A stretch of DNA of 62,973 nucleotides, counting the filler, from Sphaeroforma arctica JP610 (Eukaryota), in assembly GCF_001186125.1 (NCBI RefSeq). It is 6 parts of 2 records of this genome, joined end to end, with 100 filler letters (N's around TTAATTAATTAA, not from the genome) between each part and the next. Parts side by side here need not be neighbours in the genome. Positions count along the whole stretch, not along the records: positions 1 to 21,597 come from NW_014040548.1; 5 more parts are not named here. One strand, given 5' to 3'. The notes below the pieces were generated by a model. That model saw only the letters and a list, made by a program, of their open reading frames with translations, was not told the DNA's origin and ran no database searches. The position numbers were made by a program, and so were the translations under genes. The first letter of the stretch is position 1, and each line of letters opens with the position of its first letter. Positions 1-14,250 of this stretch are shown piece after piece.

Positions 1-3000
1 CATGGCGCAGGTGATGCGGACGTGTGCTTACGAAGAGGATACTGCGATCCTGTGGGCGGGTGGAATGTGTTTGGCAGTCTCTTTCCGATGACCAACTCGA
101 CGCCTACGCTTGTAGTAAGGTATGAGCTGCATTGCTTGTATCCTATTGGAAGCATTACGGTGTGGTTCAGTGTGATGGCTAACCTAGCAGTTTCTGTTTA
201 TTGGACAAAATCGACACAATTCCTATAGTTAAATATTATGTGCCCCCCACGTATTTTATTTGAAGCATTGTGGTGCGATTCTGATTTTTTGGTCAGCCTG
301 GCAGCTGTTTGCCAGTTGACAAATGTATCACCTCTGCCTTAAGTTAGGTAAGGTGTGCCTGGCATGTATTGTATCTTACGCATCGTGGTGTGATTGAGGT
401 GGTAGTTAGCCAGGCATATCCTACACATAGGTTGCTTGATGTATCGTTTTCAAAGCTCGTGTGTTTGCGAGTGGATTGTTTTTGCAGTCACATTCCAGTG
501 ACGCACCCGACATCTACGCCTGTACTTATTCATGGTGTACCTTGCGTACGATCTATTCACAGCATTGCTGTGTGTTTGTGATGACAACTAACGGGACATA
601 CCCTATTGATGGTTGTATGGCTGTGAACTGTTCGGTGTAGGCAGATAGTTTTCCTCAATAGTAGTTGCGGCACCTGCGCTTGTAGTGAGTCATGAAATAC
701 CTTGCATGGGTTCTAGTTAAAGCAATAGTGGTGTGGTTTCGGCAAATAGAGAGCCAATCAATTTATTTTCCAATCATATGCGACGCTTGGTTGCAAGTGT
801 GATTTGTGCGTGCGGGTCCAACGAGTCACTCGTGTACATCTTGTGAGGGATGTTTCCACTTTCAGAGTAATAAGTATGTATTGGATCATGTGCTAATGGA
901 GTTGGCGCCCTATTCTTCATAATCATACTCATGAGCCCGGTAAGTATAGGGTTCAAAGCCTGCCATCGTAAAAAGTCGAGATATGGGGTGGGCTGACTAC
1001 GTCTTGATACAAGCTTAAGCTGATTTTCAGAATACTGTAAATTGTACACATTTAATGCAAGTTTATTTATAGTGGGATCTACTGTTGGTTGTTTCGAGAG
1101 TCAGTTTGTTCTGGTGTGTAGTCTGTACAAAACTGAATCAAGTACACTTTGACTTCTAGGTAGCGTCAGACGCAATAGCCAGTCTCGCTCATTTGGCATT
1201 GATATTTATTTACAGTGTACTACCTTCGTAGAGATATAGCTTAACCTTACCCCCATAAAGCCTCGTATCTCCATAGGTTGCTCAGAAGTATGAGCTAGTT
1301 ATGGATAATATGTTTGTTCAAAAAAACGTAGTAAGTGGTAAATTCTTCGCACATGGCGATCTCAGCCATCACGTACACATATGCACTGTGTGTATATGGG
1401 TGGGTGGGTGGGTGTTTATATTTATCAATAGGTTTTGAATCCATATACTCCTGCGTTCACACAGTGCTGCTCTGGATAGCACGTCTCTGTTCAAGGGATC
1501 TGCCATTGGTGCGAGCGCTACTGTTGCTGGCTTAGCAGCGTTATTGATTGCCAGGTACGTTCTAAATTTTAGGCGTTCCTTAGTCTCAGATCTACATTTT
1601 ACATCAATTTCTGGACGTATACGTCTAATTGAAGGTATATGTGTTCTGTTTCATATTCACGAATGAGGCTCTCATTGTCAAGTCGATAGTACATAGTTAG
1701 ACCCTACCTGTGTACTAGAGTCATTTACATTTACAGACCTACTGCTTATCTGCTACTTTAGTAATCTAACTGCACCTTTGAGTATCACGGCACACTTTTG
1801 AAAACATCCACTTTTCTTTAAACCAGATTTGAATATATGTTTTATACATATATATATAAACAGATATATGTCTGTATCACATAAAAAGAATGCTTCTGTA
1901 GTATAACTCCTACCCACTGCCCACACAGTCAGGCTCTGAGCTCACTCTCCACAGACATCAAAGAGACAATGACGAAGAACATACTTTTTTCTCTGTACAA
2001 CGGTGAGTCTTACGGGTACATTGGATCGTCACGCTTCGTGACGGAGTTGCGCGAAGGACGATTGCCGGTCACAATGCAGAACAGTAGCTTATCGTTTGCG
2101 GATGTCGAGGCGGTGTGTAAGCAGTCGATGAAGACGCATACTTATATTATTTTAGGTTTTAAATGTCGAGAGAAAAATAGATTTCGTTATTGACTTTTTT
2201 TGTTATAAGTTGACGTATGCTAGTCACACAGTTGTACTGCAGGATAGCAACTTGTCGTTTACAAATGTCCTGGTTGTATGTCACTATTTTTTGTTTCTGA
2301 TTCTACAATTTTTGGGGTGTTAATGTTTCACGTTCACAAATTAAGGTTCAAATGCCAGAGAGAGGGTTTTAGAATTACTGAGTTAGGTTATACCTATCCT
2401 GCGGTTGCGCAGCAGAATAGCAGCTTATTGTTGCCGATAATAAGGCGGTGTGCTGTGTTGACAAATGCTTATATAGGTTTTACGCGATAGATACTTCTAG
2501 GTTTGACAGCTCTAGAAAGCTATTTGTTTTGCGAATTAGCCTTTGCTTCGTCGGGGTTGAATGGTTTGGTATATAGACTTGGGTTTTAGGGTTATTAGCA
2601 TACGCTTACTCAACTTCTGAATGAGAGCGCCTTCGGGTTTCAAGGTTCAAGCAGCATATTTTAAACTTATCACGCGTGTCGGTCGCAAACACATGTGTAA
2701 GGCTTAGAATATTATGGCCGCAATGATGTACAGCGTGTGTTGTCATTATATTTGTGATTTATGCAATCGTACTCGCGACGATGTGAAGTTAGTCCTGAGC
2801 GTGTGCTCACCCCTCTGATTAGTCTGGTGAAGAATGCTTTGTCTATATCTCTTGTCCCGATATCTAATGCACATATATACCGGGTTATATTTGCACAGGA
2901 TGACTTCACGCACATTACACCACATGAACTTACTATTTCACCGCTTGCACACACTATTACACCGCAGGTGCACATTACGCACAGTTTTTAAGTTGAGTTA

Positions 3001-3486
3001 GAGTGACTCTGAACCACTCATGGTAAATACATGTATGAATATATGTTGACTGTCGCATATTTCGCCTTTCCAGATAAGCCGCATACGTAAATCGTTCTAG
3101 TAAAGTCAGCTTACCATACGATACAGTTTTTCTCAGACATACTTTATTTGTTTTTTTCCTACATTTTTTAGGTGATTGAAGTAGGACATCTGGGTAGTCG
3201 TGGTCGTGATCCAAACGCCCCCACGCCGTTGTATGTGCATCGCGATCCCACGCCCCAAAGCGAGCAGACAACCGATGCTATGATTGAGGTATGTGTTTAG
3301 CCAGTTCTGTGAATTCATCCTTTGATATGGATATACGTGTACACATATGTGTGTATAAACTTATGTTGTATATACGCATGTAAGAAATACGTAGCCTCTT
3401 AAAACCTATCACTTTGATGCTACGATTGGGGTGTGTATGTAAGCCGTTCTGTGCAAGACCATTTATTAAATTATTTTTATATATAC

Positions 3487-3550
<64 letters not shown>

Positions 3551-3892
3551 TTGTCCAGCCTCAACACGTTACACGCATGTATTTATATATGAATACCTGT
3601 GCGGATTGGGGTGGCCTCGATGTGCTTAGCGAACGACAATATCGTCGGGATGTGTACACAGATACACACATACACACACAAACACACACACACACACACA
3701 CACACGTATATATATATATATATGTGTGTGTGTGGTGTGTGTGTGTGTGTATAAGTATGTATGTATGTACGTATGTATTTATATACTATTTATTAATGTT
3801 ATTTATATATGTANNNNNNNNNNNNNNNNNNNNCGTGTCTTACTACGTTATATATTATATATATATATTANATTATTATATTATATTATATA

Positions 3893-3936
<44 letters not shown>

Positions 3937-6900
3937 TGTATGTATGTATGTATGTATGTATGTATGTTTATATATAAATGTGTTTTGTGGTCTTTTTTTG
4001 TTTGTTTTTTTGTTTGTTTGTTTTTTTGTGTGTGTGTATATAAGCTAGTGTATCTAGGGTGTATGTTGTGTCCTAAATTATTCAAGGCATAGTCGCAGAC
4101 TAATTTACTTGTCGCTGGCTAAATGTGATACAAAAATATTTACTTAATTATCATGACTTTTATATCTTTAGTGTACTTTTGATGCTCGATGATATTATGT
4201 ACGGGCTTAGTTTATGTTCATTAATTCGGTTTAGGATAAGTGATTTTTTTGTAACTATAATGTGATTCTACTATATAGTGATTCTGCTTTCGATGGTTAA
4301 AGACTTTGTATGAGTTAAGGATCCGCAATAATAGTCTTGAGACAGTGCAATAATCATTTCAATACGGCTGTTTTAACTACAGTAGTCTTGTCTTTCATAT
4401 AGGTTTTAATATGGCCTATAGCCTTAGTAGCGTTTGTCGCACCCGATGGCTGATACTTTGGTAAGCGTTCCCGATGCTGAACTCACACTCTACATCACAA
4501 GCTTATTTTATTGTCCTCTCGCCCTTCGAATACATACTGAAGTCCCACGATGCAACAATTTTGATGCACTATCATCATTCATACAATCGCATCGCAGCTG
4601 TCAACTGTCATTATTTAGTTGTTTACTATGAATAGCTGCCTCAAAGCATTTCACTGTCCACAGCTTAAGCTTGACTGGTACGAATTAAAGTGCACACATA
4701 AATACGACAATTTGGTTCACACATTTTTGCATAAATTAATGTAGTAATTTGACGATGCAGGTCTTGTTAAAACAAGGGCAGGCACTTGAAGAAAAATCCG
4801 ATGATGGGAGGGAAGGTGAGATTATTTGGGGTGTCTGAATGTTCGTAGATCTGTGAAGATATCTGGAATCGAATACCATTTCTAGGCACACCTGATTGTG
4901 GTATATATTGTGACGTGCATTTTTTTTTATGTCTAGTCAGCCAAGTATCTAGGCGACGGATAGATGTGGTATGTGAGTGAACCGTCCTGGAAGAGATTTC
5001 AAGTAGGCAGATGTATATGTGCTGATGGATGAGTGTTTTTTTTGTACGTATAGGTGTTTACTTATTCATCGGGATACGAGGCAGACTATTATCAACCAAA
5101 AAGATGAAGATAAAAACGGTTGCAATTATTTCATACGAGACTCGATGCCTGCCTGTGCCGGCATAAAATCTTATTGCGTTACGTATTAATATGCATGAAT
5201 ATAAATGTGAATCTGATTTTTAATGTACGAGAGAGCTCGACGGACCAATAAATGCGTGGCTTCCATAGGTTTGCACCAATTCCCCCTACTTGGTGCATGC
5301 ACACTAGAATGCCCATATTTCAGTTAAAAAAATATACACACACGCAAACACACACAGACCCGCTGAATCACATACATCCGCCCCTTAGCACCGAGCTCTC
5401 TCAGTTCATGTGTTTTAACTAGACGTTGAGCTTTGCCTGACAGATCTCGTATGTTATGCTCAATCGTGTTCTATCGCCATAGTTGTGGTTCGCTGTCTCA
5501 TGCAAAACTACATCATGCACTTCAGTACATTACTTATCCCATGCAAGGACGTATTGCAAGCGCTCGTTCGACCCACTCGGGTTTGCTTAATACGGCCCCC
5601 CATACACAACCACTGGGCTCTCCTTCGTAGTTATAACTGCAACAAACGATATCACATGTCCACTGACCCCTAGTCGTACACTTTATGCTGTGTGGGACGA
5701 CCTTACCCACCCATGCACAACAATCTTGCCATTCATACAGTGGAACTAGCGACGGCTGCACATCTGTTGCCACCAGGTTCACTACATTCGTGGTTGCGTT
5801 GGGGTGATAGGCATCTGCCCCATGTGCACATTGCAGACCACAACTCCGATGGATTTACCAACGACTACTACGGAAGCTTTCTGGACGATGCGAAAAATTT
5901 GGGTGTGTACGATCTTCTTGCTATGCAGCATCTCTGTTCTGCGTCGACTGTACTGGCGAGGTATGTTGCGCGATGTGGTAGTAGGCTTTGTTCGTACCTG
6001 TGAAATAAGCACTGGAAATGGTCATACACGGGTATTTGCTTTGGTCTATTGGTTTGGTAATGACTTCCACGAAAGCTTTCTAAACGATGCGATCATGTAG
6101 ATGTGCAAAGCCCACTTGCTATGCAGTGTTCTGTCTGCTGTACTCGCGCGATTGGGCTATGTGGAGCAGTAGAGGGCTTCATATGTGCCGCCTTAGTTGC
6201 CAATCTTGCCTTTGAAAGCTACCGGAACTTAATAAGCGATGCGAATTGTGTTCGAGTTTATGATGTTCTAATCAAGGCTTTGATGTACTATGTCAAGGCC
6301 TTCGCGCATCATATTAAATCAGCTCTGTACCAATTTGGCCGGAAATCGCAAGATGCAAGTGTGTTTAGCAGATATGCATGAGTACGCTCGTATACATTCA
6401 GACATACCTGTAATCACCGTTGTGTATCAACCATCGGTGTGAGTGAAGTCGTATTTGTGATGCACTACATAGATATACATATTTACTGTGGGTTGAAAAC
6501 TTGTATACGAGTACATATATAGATATTTATTCATTGCCTCTTCAACTTTCACTGTCTACAAAGATGTAAATTTGCACGAATTCATAGTGAGCACAAATAT
6601 TCGGTATTCAAAGAGTTTCTGAGCCGCGCTGTTTATGTGCCCCATATACTGGTGCATATCGCAATGCACAATGCCGCAATACCATTCGTTTAACCTAAAT
6701 TATCTCGTTTACACTCACGCGGACCTTTTGTATCCAGTTGCTATTTTTTTGTTTATCGTTGCCATTCGTTCTCATCCGTGCGCTCTGGGCTCCTTTTTCA
6801 ACATCCCATTCACACTTGTTCATCCTGACTCGAATACCTATGTACTCTACCTCGCACACGGCTTTGTGAATACATCCCATCCGATTTAATCATCCTGAAG

Positions 6901-9900
6901 CAAGTACACGTTGATAATAACGGACACAGATATGTACGAACATCCCATTACTAGTCGTCATCCTGACAGGAATCTGTCTTCAATTTCGCACAGATCTTTG
7001 TACCTAATCGCTGGAGGTACTGAACATTTAGCTACCACCATCAATGCGGACTGTACCGCACTCAAAGGCCTAGTGACATCTCTAACCGTGTCTATGGATT
7101 CGGAGTACGTACGTGATATCACGAATGGCACTGAATGCGCCGCAAGGGGGTATCCAGGGTCGGCAGGTATAGCATATCCGTAAAATTACGGATACTGGAT
7201 GTAAAAATTTGTGTCGTGAGGCTTTAGTATGTGTAGGGTGTATGTGTGAGATACACACAAGAAGTTTCCGCCGCGAATCTTGAGAATGTGCATAATGCGG
7301 GTGTAAGATATACGAAACTATCGGATATTCGATGTAACCGTTGTCACCGTTGTGAACTTGTGTACAATGTGGGTGTGGGGTATGCGTCAATTTTTGGGTA
7401 TGATATAGCTATTTGTCGCGAGTCTCTGTAAGTGCAGACGACCGATGTGTGTTTAGCGCAGTGTTTTTTAGTACTGGCTTTAGATAGAACGTACGGAAGC
7501 AATACACATGTCGAGGGCAAATTTTGAGCTATCTTCAAATAGAAGGAAATCAAACACTCCCATATATCTCGCTTCGAGCTTGCATTTCACCGCTAGACAC
7601 AATACGTAGAATGTGACGTACACTGCTAAACCATCATTGCTGTTGCTCTAATATTCAAGGGTATATTACCACCTTATACAATTAGTATTGCTTGCGACAT
7701 GAGCATCCAGTAGATAATCGGAGAATATCGAGCATGTATATGAAGTAGAGGTCGAACCAGATGCTATGCGATTCTGACCATGTCTAGACGAAAGTTCTAG
7801 TTTTAATTGGTGGTATTGTTATATATCTGGCCGTTTTTTGGAACTATAATCTAGCTAGCGCTTTTTATTTGGTGCTTAATCGTATCTTGGCTATGTTGAA
7901 GGTCCTAAAACCTAGATATAGTAATTTTATTACGTGTTTCGGCCCAACTCCCTTCATCTTATTCGAATGGTCATAGCAGCTGTCACCTTGCGCAGGGTTA
8001 TGTAACCGCTTATAAGTAGACTATCATCTCTCGTGCTAGTATTAATATCTACCAAACATCAATCTCGAATGCTACTATCAAATATTGTACCCCTAACGCA
8101 ATCGTACACCCTCTTGCTCCTCACTTTGTCTGCAGATAATCAGCCCTTGTCATTATATGTGGGCGTGGCGAAACAACGCCCGCAGTGTGGATCTGTGGCA
8201 TATGTCGCGTATCTCGTACTCATGAGAGCGCTTACGAAAACTGCCGTTCCCTCCATCGACGATATGGGAAATTGCGGTACTGAGGTGTGTGGTATACTAC
8301 AGTAGAAGTAGTGTTTTTTCGAGATAGTCAAATATATCGTGTATATCGTACCCGTATGCGCGTGTGCGAGGACTGTTGTCCCCGATGTAGACGATACGGG
8401 AAAGTATGGTACTGAGGTTATGTAGTATACTAGTAAATATAATTTGAGTCCGAAGTAGTTCTATATTTCCCGCATCTGGTACTCGAGCGAGCGCTTGCGA
8501 AGTCTGCCGTTGATCCAATGTATGTCTTCTCATATAGATGTTTCTCTGTATATATCGTATTTTGTGCTGGTCTGAGCTGTTTCCGAGCGCCCTGCTCACA
8601 ATACGTGATACGGAAACGTGTGGAATTGAGGACTCAGATGTGTGATTTAGATTCAGTCTTTGTGCACGTAGATCCTAGGCGAGGTCGAAGTGCCCAATTT
8701 GCATAGAAATGTATACTGGTTTTGGCGCTTTTTGGAGCTGTCGGTCTTTTTACTGAAGTGTCTTCGATTTAGTATGTATCTTGAGATCGAATGTCCTTAT
8801 ATTTCGTTCCTCATGCTGCATTGAGCGATGAAAATACGCTCGACCAAGGTGTGAGTCTTGGATTCATTGTAGCTATTTCTATTGTTTGAGATTCTTCGTA
8901 TATCGTAGCGTAGGCTCTTCATATATTGTAACCTAGGCTGATCCGAGCGCTTGCTTAGAATGTTTACTTGACTGAAAATGATATATGAGAATGTACTGTA
9001 TAGAGGTGCTGTATGAAGGAGTACGTCTTTAATTCATTTTGATCGAGTTGTTCGTATAGCTATTCAATCCACTCCTTTTCTTTTGTGTACGACGGCAATA
9101 CAGGGTTATATGTGGCTGGACGGAGCGTGTTATCACAGCACGCAAACTGCCATGGGTAGGGCTATATCTCCGGCCTTTTTGTTCAACACGGATACAGGTA
9201 AGTTAGTACATTGAGAATTTCTTTGCATCCTAAATATTCTTCAAAGTGCTTTACTGTATGGTGCACACTCTTCTGGATTGAGTTGTAACGTACCATAAAC
9301 AAAAAAGGTTACCGAGCGAGAAAAAATACTTGATTCAGATCATTCAATATAGTAGTTGTTAATTTAGCATGTTTGTAAACAGGGGCCCATGAAATTGTCA
9401 ACAAGTCATTCTCCATGTGGACTGAAAGCGAATGGAGTCCTGATACACCATATACCATGGCATTTGTCGCAGAGTCGCCGTCGGAGAGACTGGTTGCTAT
9501 GGTCACGGGGTTGGCGACCAGTTTTCTAAGGTGTGTTAACTGCCTATTACGTACTGCTGTCGGAGTCGACGCAAAGCTTCCTTCGTTCATATTGTTCCTA
9601 TTAGATTGTTCGATGACCATTCATTCCGTACCATTTTGCTTGGTTTGGGTTCAGTTTCACATGAATTCGACTTGCACTGGTATAGCCAGAACTCAATTAT
9701 TGTTTACTTGAAGTGTGGAAAAGAAATATGAGATAGGATTAGATTGGAATATGTGGGTGTTTGTGTGCTGTGAAGCATTGAATACGCGAATGGTCGCTTT
9801 GACGCTGGTTTTTGTGCTCTCATTCACTTGTTATGCAACTAGTTAGCTTTTTTTTCGTGCCTTTTTTATCACAGCATGTTCCCTAAAAGATCATGGATAT

Positions 9901-10206
9901 TTGTGAAGACATGTATATGTATAGGTACATATACGTAGTATAATTTCACTTTATCACTCATATGTACCTTATAGATGCGCACTTGTATACACCTCTTCGT
10001 ATATAATACATGTTTATATTTCTATAAATGAAATATTTATGTAGGTGGTGTAGGAAAATTATGTATCACAGGGAAAACAAGGCTTACACAAACTTATATT
10101 TCTTCGATACAGTATCTGTGTCGTTCTCTGCGTTCAAAGGTATGGCATTTTGTCAACCCGAGGCCGAGATATAAGCACAAGTGACGACCCATCCATAGTC
10201 AGCTAA
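1..10206 (+). CDS. NCSTN: Nicastrin (gamma-secretase subunit), 5'-partial, 11 exons in window
   Basis: Phase-compatible GT/AG exons: <1-119, 1465-1554, 1929-2112, 3172-3288, 4761-4815, 5741-5960, 6994-7166, 8136-8284, 9104-9197, 9383-9530, 10113-10206(TAA). The joined protein has nicastrin blocks in the expected order: CLRRGYCDPVGGWNVFGSL, AALDSTSLFKGSAIGA, NILFSLYNGESYGYIGSSRFV (DYIGS-equivalent), IEVGHLG..LYVHRDP, LPPGSLHSWL..ADHN..FTNDYYGSFLDDAKNL, TVLARSLYLIAGG, RAISPAF, WTESEW, then one TM helix (LVAMVTGLATSFLSICVVLCV) and a short tail. Exon 5 and the last exon were chosen mainly on phase and plausibility. Confidence 0.92.
3489..4040. repeat. Compound microsatellite tract (GT)n/(CA)n/(TA)n/(TATG)n in a nicastrin intron
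   Basis: Directly visible simple repeats flanking a small N gap. Confidence 0.95.
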
Positions 10207-10299
10207 TCACAATTACATCGCAAAGACGCTATGTATGCTGATTCTATCCCGTGAATTTAACCGACATGGAATTGTATTGAGCGAAAGCTGAATAGACTA

Positions 10300-12577
10300 T
10301 CGTCTTCAACTTCACTGTATGTGACCGTGGGCGGCGATCAGCGGCTACTCAAACGCTGATTGACGGTCATGAATATGAGCTTATAGCGTTATAGAGGTGA
10401 GCCGAGCATCGTACAATCCAACGAGCTCGTATGTTTCACATTCTCTTAGACACCGACTAGTGTGCCAATGTGATTTGAGTATGACAATGGTATTCCAATA
10501 TATCTCGTCTCTCACAACATAGAGCATTAATTAGTCCAAAGCTTGACATTGGAAACATGGTGCAACCACCTCACTGGAGGGCTAGATGTAGATCCAGAAT
10601 TTTTAATGTGCAATAGCAATACAGATGCCCACAACCACGAGATACTTTCATAGACGCGATTTTAGCATGCTTTCCCGCATATCATCACTTTACTGGTCTC
10701 CAGGAGAGGCGGGGAGAAAACAACCCACCAATAGTTGAGATGTCTGAAGCAGACTGAGATTTCGAATACATATGTGAGAAGCGGATGCATCGGCAAACAA
10801 ATGAGCTCTTCACTGACTCCTGAATTCGCAAATGGATTGATTGTTCACCTTGCACTCAAGCCAGCTGACAGAAGGGAGTATCTTCGTCGATGAGTAGAAT
10901 ATGAAGTGCTGTGTCAAATTAAAGGCTTCCAATGTTCCTTACAATGATTGGGTCGGCAACTATGTAAATCTTCTATTGGAATAAACACCACGTAAGCTAC
11001 TGAACACTCAGTAGGAAGATAAAGTAAATTTCTCACGTTTTCGCAAAACTGACTACCATTTTCCAGTAGGTGCAGACTATCTATGGCAAGCTGTATTGCG
11101 ATTGTAGTATGATAATGCAGATATTCCATTTATTATATATATTGTCAAATCTCCAAGGTATGCCTCATGTTCGAATTAAAATTAGATTCGCCTTTGATTG
11201 GGCAAGTTTTGATACGCTCCTTCTACGACATCATCCTCATCGCGCTTCTATACCCATAATATAAAATTCATGGACTTGCAAGCCGAAAGCGTCATCGACT
11301 GTCTTGTGGACCAATTCAACGAATATCAACACATCATTGTTTCCATACTGCTTATTCATCTTCATATCATTGATCCAGCTAATTTGTAGGCGCATTTGCA
11401 CCCCACTGTTTGATTTGACGAAATCATCACTCGATAGTCTTCGTCGCCGTCATTATGAAACTGGGCACTCTTGTTGAGAGACTTGGACAACTACAAGAAT
11501 TCTCCACTTTAATCGAAGCGTAACGCCTGGGGTGTGCCGGCCCACTTCAATGATTTATTAGTATGGTTGTAGTTGGACTCGATTGCATAAGTGTTAGGAA
11601 TTGAGCGTGTTGCTGCCACTTGAGGCATCGACATTCGTTACATCTCTCAAGTTAGCAATACCACCTACAAACTTCAGGTTGTTGGAAGCCATAAATATCA
11701 TTTAGTAAGCTGGATCCAGAAAATCAACAGACTGCAGCAAGCAGTGTAGAATCTTTTGATATGGACACATCATTCACCAGTGGAAAAAGAGCGTCTGCCA
11801 ATTCGCTTGCAGCAAAATTCAGCGATTCGTTGTTGAGCAGTTTGAGCGGCACTATGAAGTGGATGTTGTCTGGATTAATTGAAGCGCGATCGGCAACATT
11901 TCCCTTGAGCGGAAATGGGGGAACTGCAAGTGTGTGGTTCCAAGTTTGTTTTATCGTGAGGCTCACCATTGTATATGCGTACCATACCACCTGGTATTGT
12001 ATCACCCACAAAGTAGTCTTCGCAGCCAGAACAGTGCTCTACGCACTTCTAAAGGCACTATGCCAGCACCACCTTGATACACTGAACACAGACGCATATT
12101 TGGCTGCTTTGCATGCTCACCGGCAGTTTAGCATTCGATCGCAATTTTTCGCACATGAATATGATTGCCCTGTGAACAGGTTGAAACCATCGTCATACGA
12201 TGTTATCGGTGCCCAGGCAGTGCTGACGACGGTATTCTGACGATCATTAATCGTAGTCATACGTGTGCTTGGTCGCATCAACAGCGGAAACGTACCATCG
12301 ATCGATACTAAAACAAATTCATCAAGGTCATCGTCAGGTAATGGGTAATGTGCTAAACCTTTGTTCGCAGTATAAACTAATCTGCCCTTGCAGGAATCGT
12401 TCGTACAACCATTGGCCGGATCATCGTCTGCGGAGTCATCAAATATTTCGACTTCGATCTTTAGTTGCATGGAAAATGCGGGTTTATGCGTTAGTGCAAT
12501 GATACGACCTGAGCCACCGAGCTCAGTACCATCCCCGAGTGCCATTACTAAGAAACAGTCACTCACTATCATGGTGC

Positions 12578-12608
<31 letters not shown>

Positions 12609-14250
12609 TAGAGCCGCTGTGACATCCTGCAATTGAACACGCCGTAATGACTAGATATTTGCATACCATGTAGAGAAAAAAGAATCTTGAAGTTTATATA
12701 TAAGTTTGCGTTCACGTTGTCGCCAGCTGTGTACGCCGATCGAATGCTTCACCTGCTGTTTGTCTTCTATCGTCATCGATAGCGTATCACCATCAGATGA
12801 AAGACGAACCAATGAGAATTCCGTGCATCCTCTTATGCCGTCGGGTGGGTCAAAACCGAATAGATCAGGATACTCCAGAAATCTGAGCGGAATGATTTGA
12901 AAGTGAAGAGACAATTTGACCCTTTGTTTCAGGCTTTCAAGCGGCAGTTTGTATATTCGGCATTTTGCAGGGATATTATCGTTTCCCCATCCTATTGTAT
13001 CAATACTCGAATAAGTAGTATCCTGTTCGATAACGTCAAAACGAAATTGATGGTTTGTATATTGGACACAATGTATTGTTTACAATCAGTAGCGATACAT
13101 AGGCCGCATGGAAAAGAATAGTAGTCATATTGCTACGAGCTTGTAGTCATTTTAAGGATAAATGGAATATAGTCCGTATAGACACTTTACTGCCAGCGCT
13201 CTCAGTCTTCATATTCTATATTCGAGACTTGCATAGGTTAAGTATTCTGAAGAAGAAAAAAAAATTATATCTTTGATTCATTTATGTTGGATATCTTTTC
13301 TGGATCCGAACTTAATTCAGGATTATCAAAAACATCAGCCAAACAGGTTGGTACGGCCTTTTTAGGATCATTACACAACACGTACCCCTTACAGCGTACA
13401 AAACACCTACTGTGGATTGAAAATCCTCTTGTTGAAGCAATCGGACCTTCAACCAGAGATTTGACTTCTGGTCGTAAATTCTTACGACAAAGTATTGGCT
13501 TCTCCGATAAACAAATCATCCAAAGGAATTTCAACTTCCAAACGATTGACATTTTTAAAGTCAAAAGTAGTCGTAGGTACCGTCATTGTGGAGTTCAAAT
13601 CTGTCTCGTCTCTATCTCAATTTGTCCCTGTCTTATGATGTTCTGGATCTAAGTCTACTAAAAGTTCTTCAAATATAATTACTTCTTTATCTCTAGTTTG
13701 CTATCGCGCTCAGGTTACATAACCGTACTACTAGCGTCGAATCAAGAACAGAATCGAACTTGTCTTTAGAAGCAAATATTTCTGTTTTTTATCTTCTATT
13801 CCTTTGGTATTTACCTTCCGATATGTTTTGTCTTGATTTAATACTCAAAATATCAATCAGGTTTACTATTTGCTTTTGTTTGAGGATATGTATTCTTTTT
13901 TTTTGTGCAAGAGTGGCATAACATCGCCTTTACGAAAAAAATCAATGTATGTCTGTAGACATACATACTTACGGTTACGAGCGGGTGTGCGCATTCGCTT
14001 TTCATTTAATGAGTTACATCTTCTTTCGCTAAGTGAATCATTTCCACACAATGCAATTCTTGTTCGTGGATTCAGTGTGGTTCCTCATCGTTGCATAATC
14101 TTACTTGATATGATAGTTATGTCCCTCAAGGGCGTTCGATCGACTATTTGTGCAGAAAATCAAGAACTTCACACTCGTCGTCGTCGATATCGTCGTATGA
14201 GTGAGTATCGCCAATGTATGACCTAGATGCATGTTGTTCGACATACACCT
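10300..14250 (-). mobile_element. Heavily decayed coding sequence, possibly a Cys-rich (KDZ/CxC-like) DNA transposon remnant
   Basis: Run of interrupted minus-strand ORFs (12117-12632, 11724-12011, 10914-11129) with no clear splice structure. Cys/His-rich bits (CAKNCDRMLNC, CRPNHCKEHW, FVCRCIRFSHMYSKSQSASD). Family assignment is weak. Confidence 0.25.

Noticed and set aside
3414..4092. ORFs rich in CV/YI/HT repeats
   Set aside because: Translations of intronic microsatellites.
4403..4466. Candidate nicastrin exon ending at the strong donor gtaagc (4461)
   Set aside because: Not needed: exon 4761-4815 supplies the required phase 0-to-1 link, and this segment shows no nicastrin similarity.
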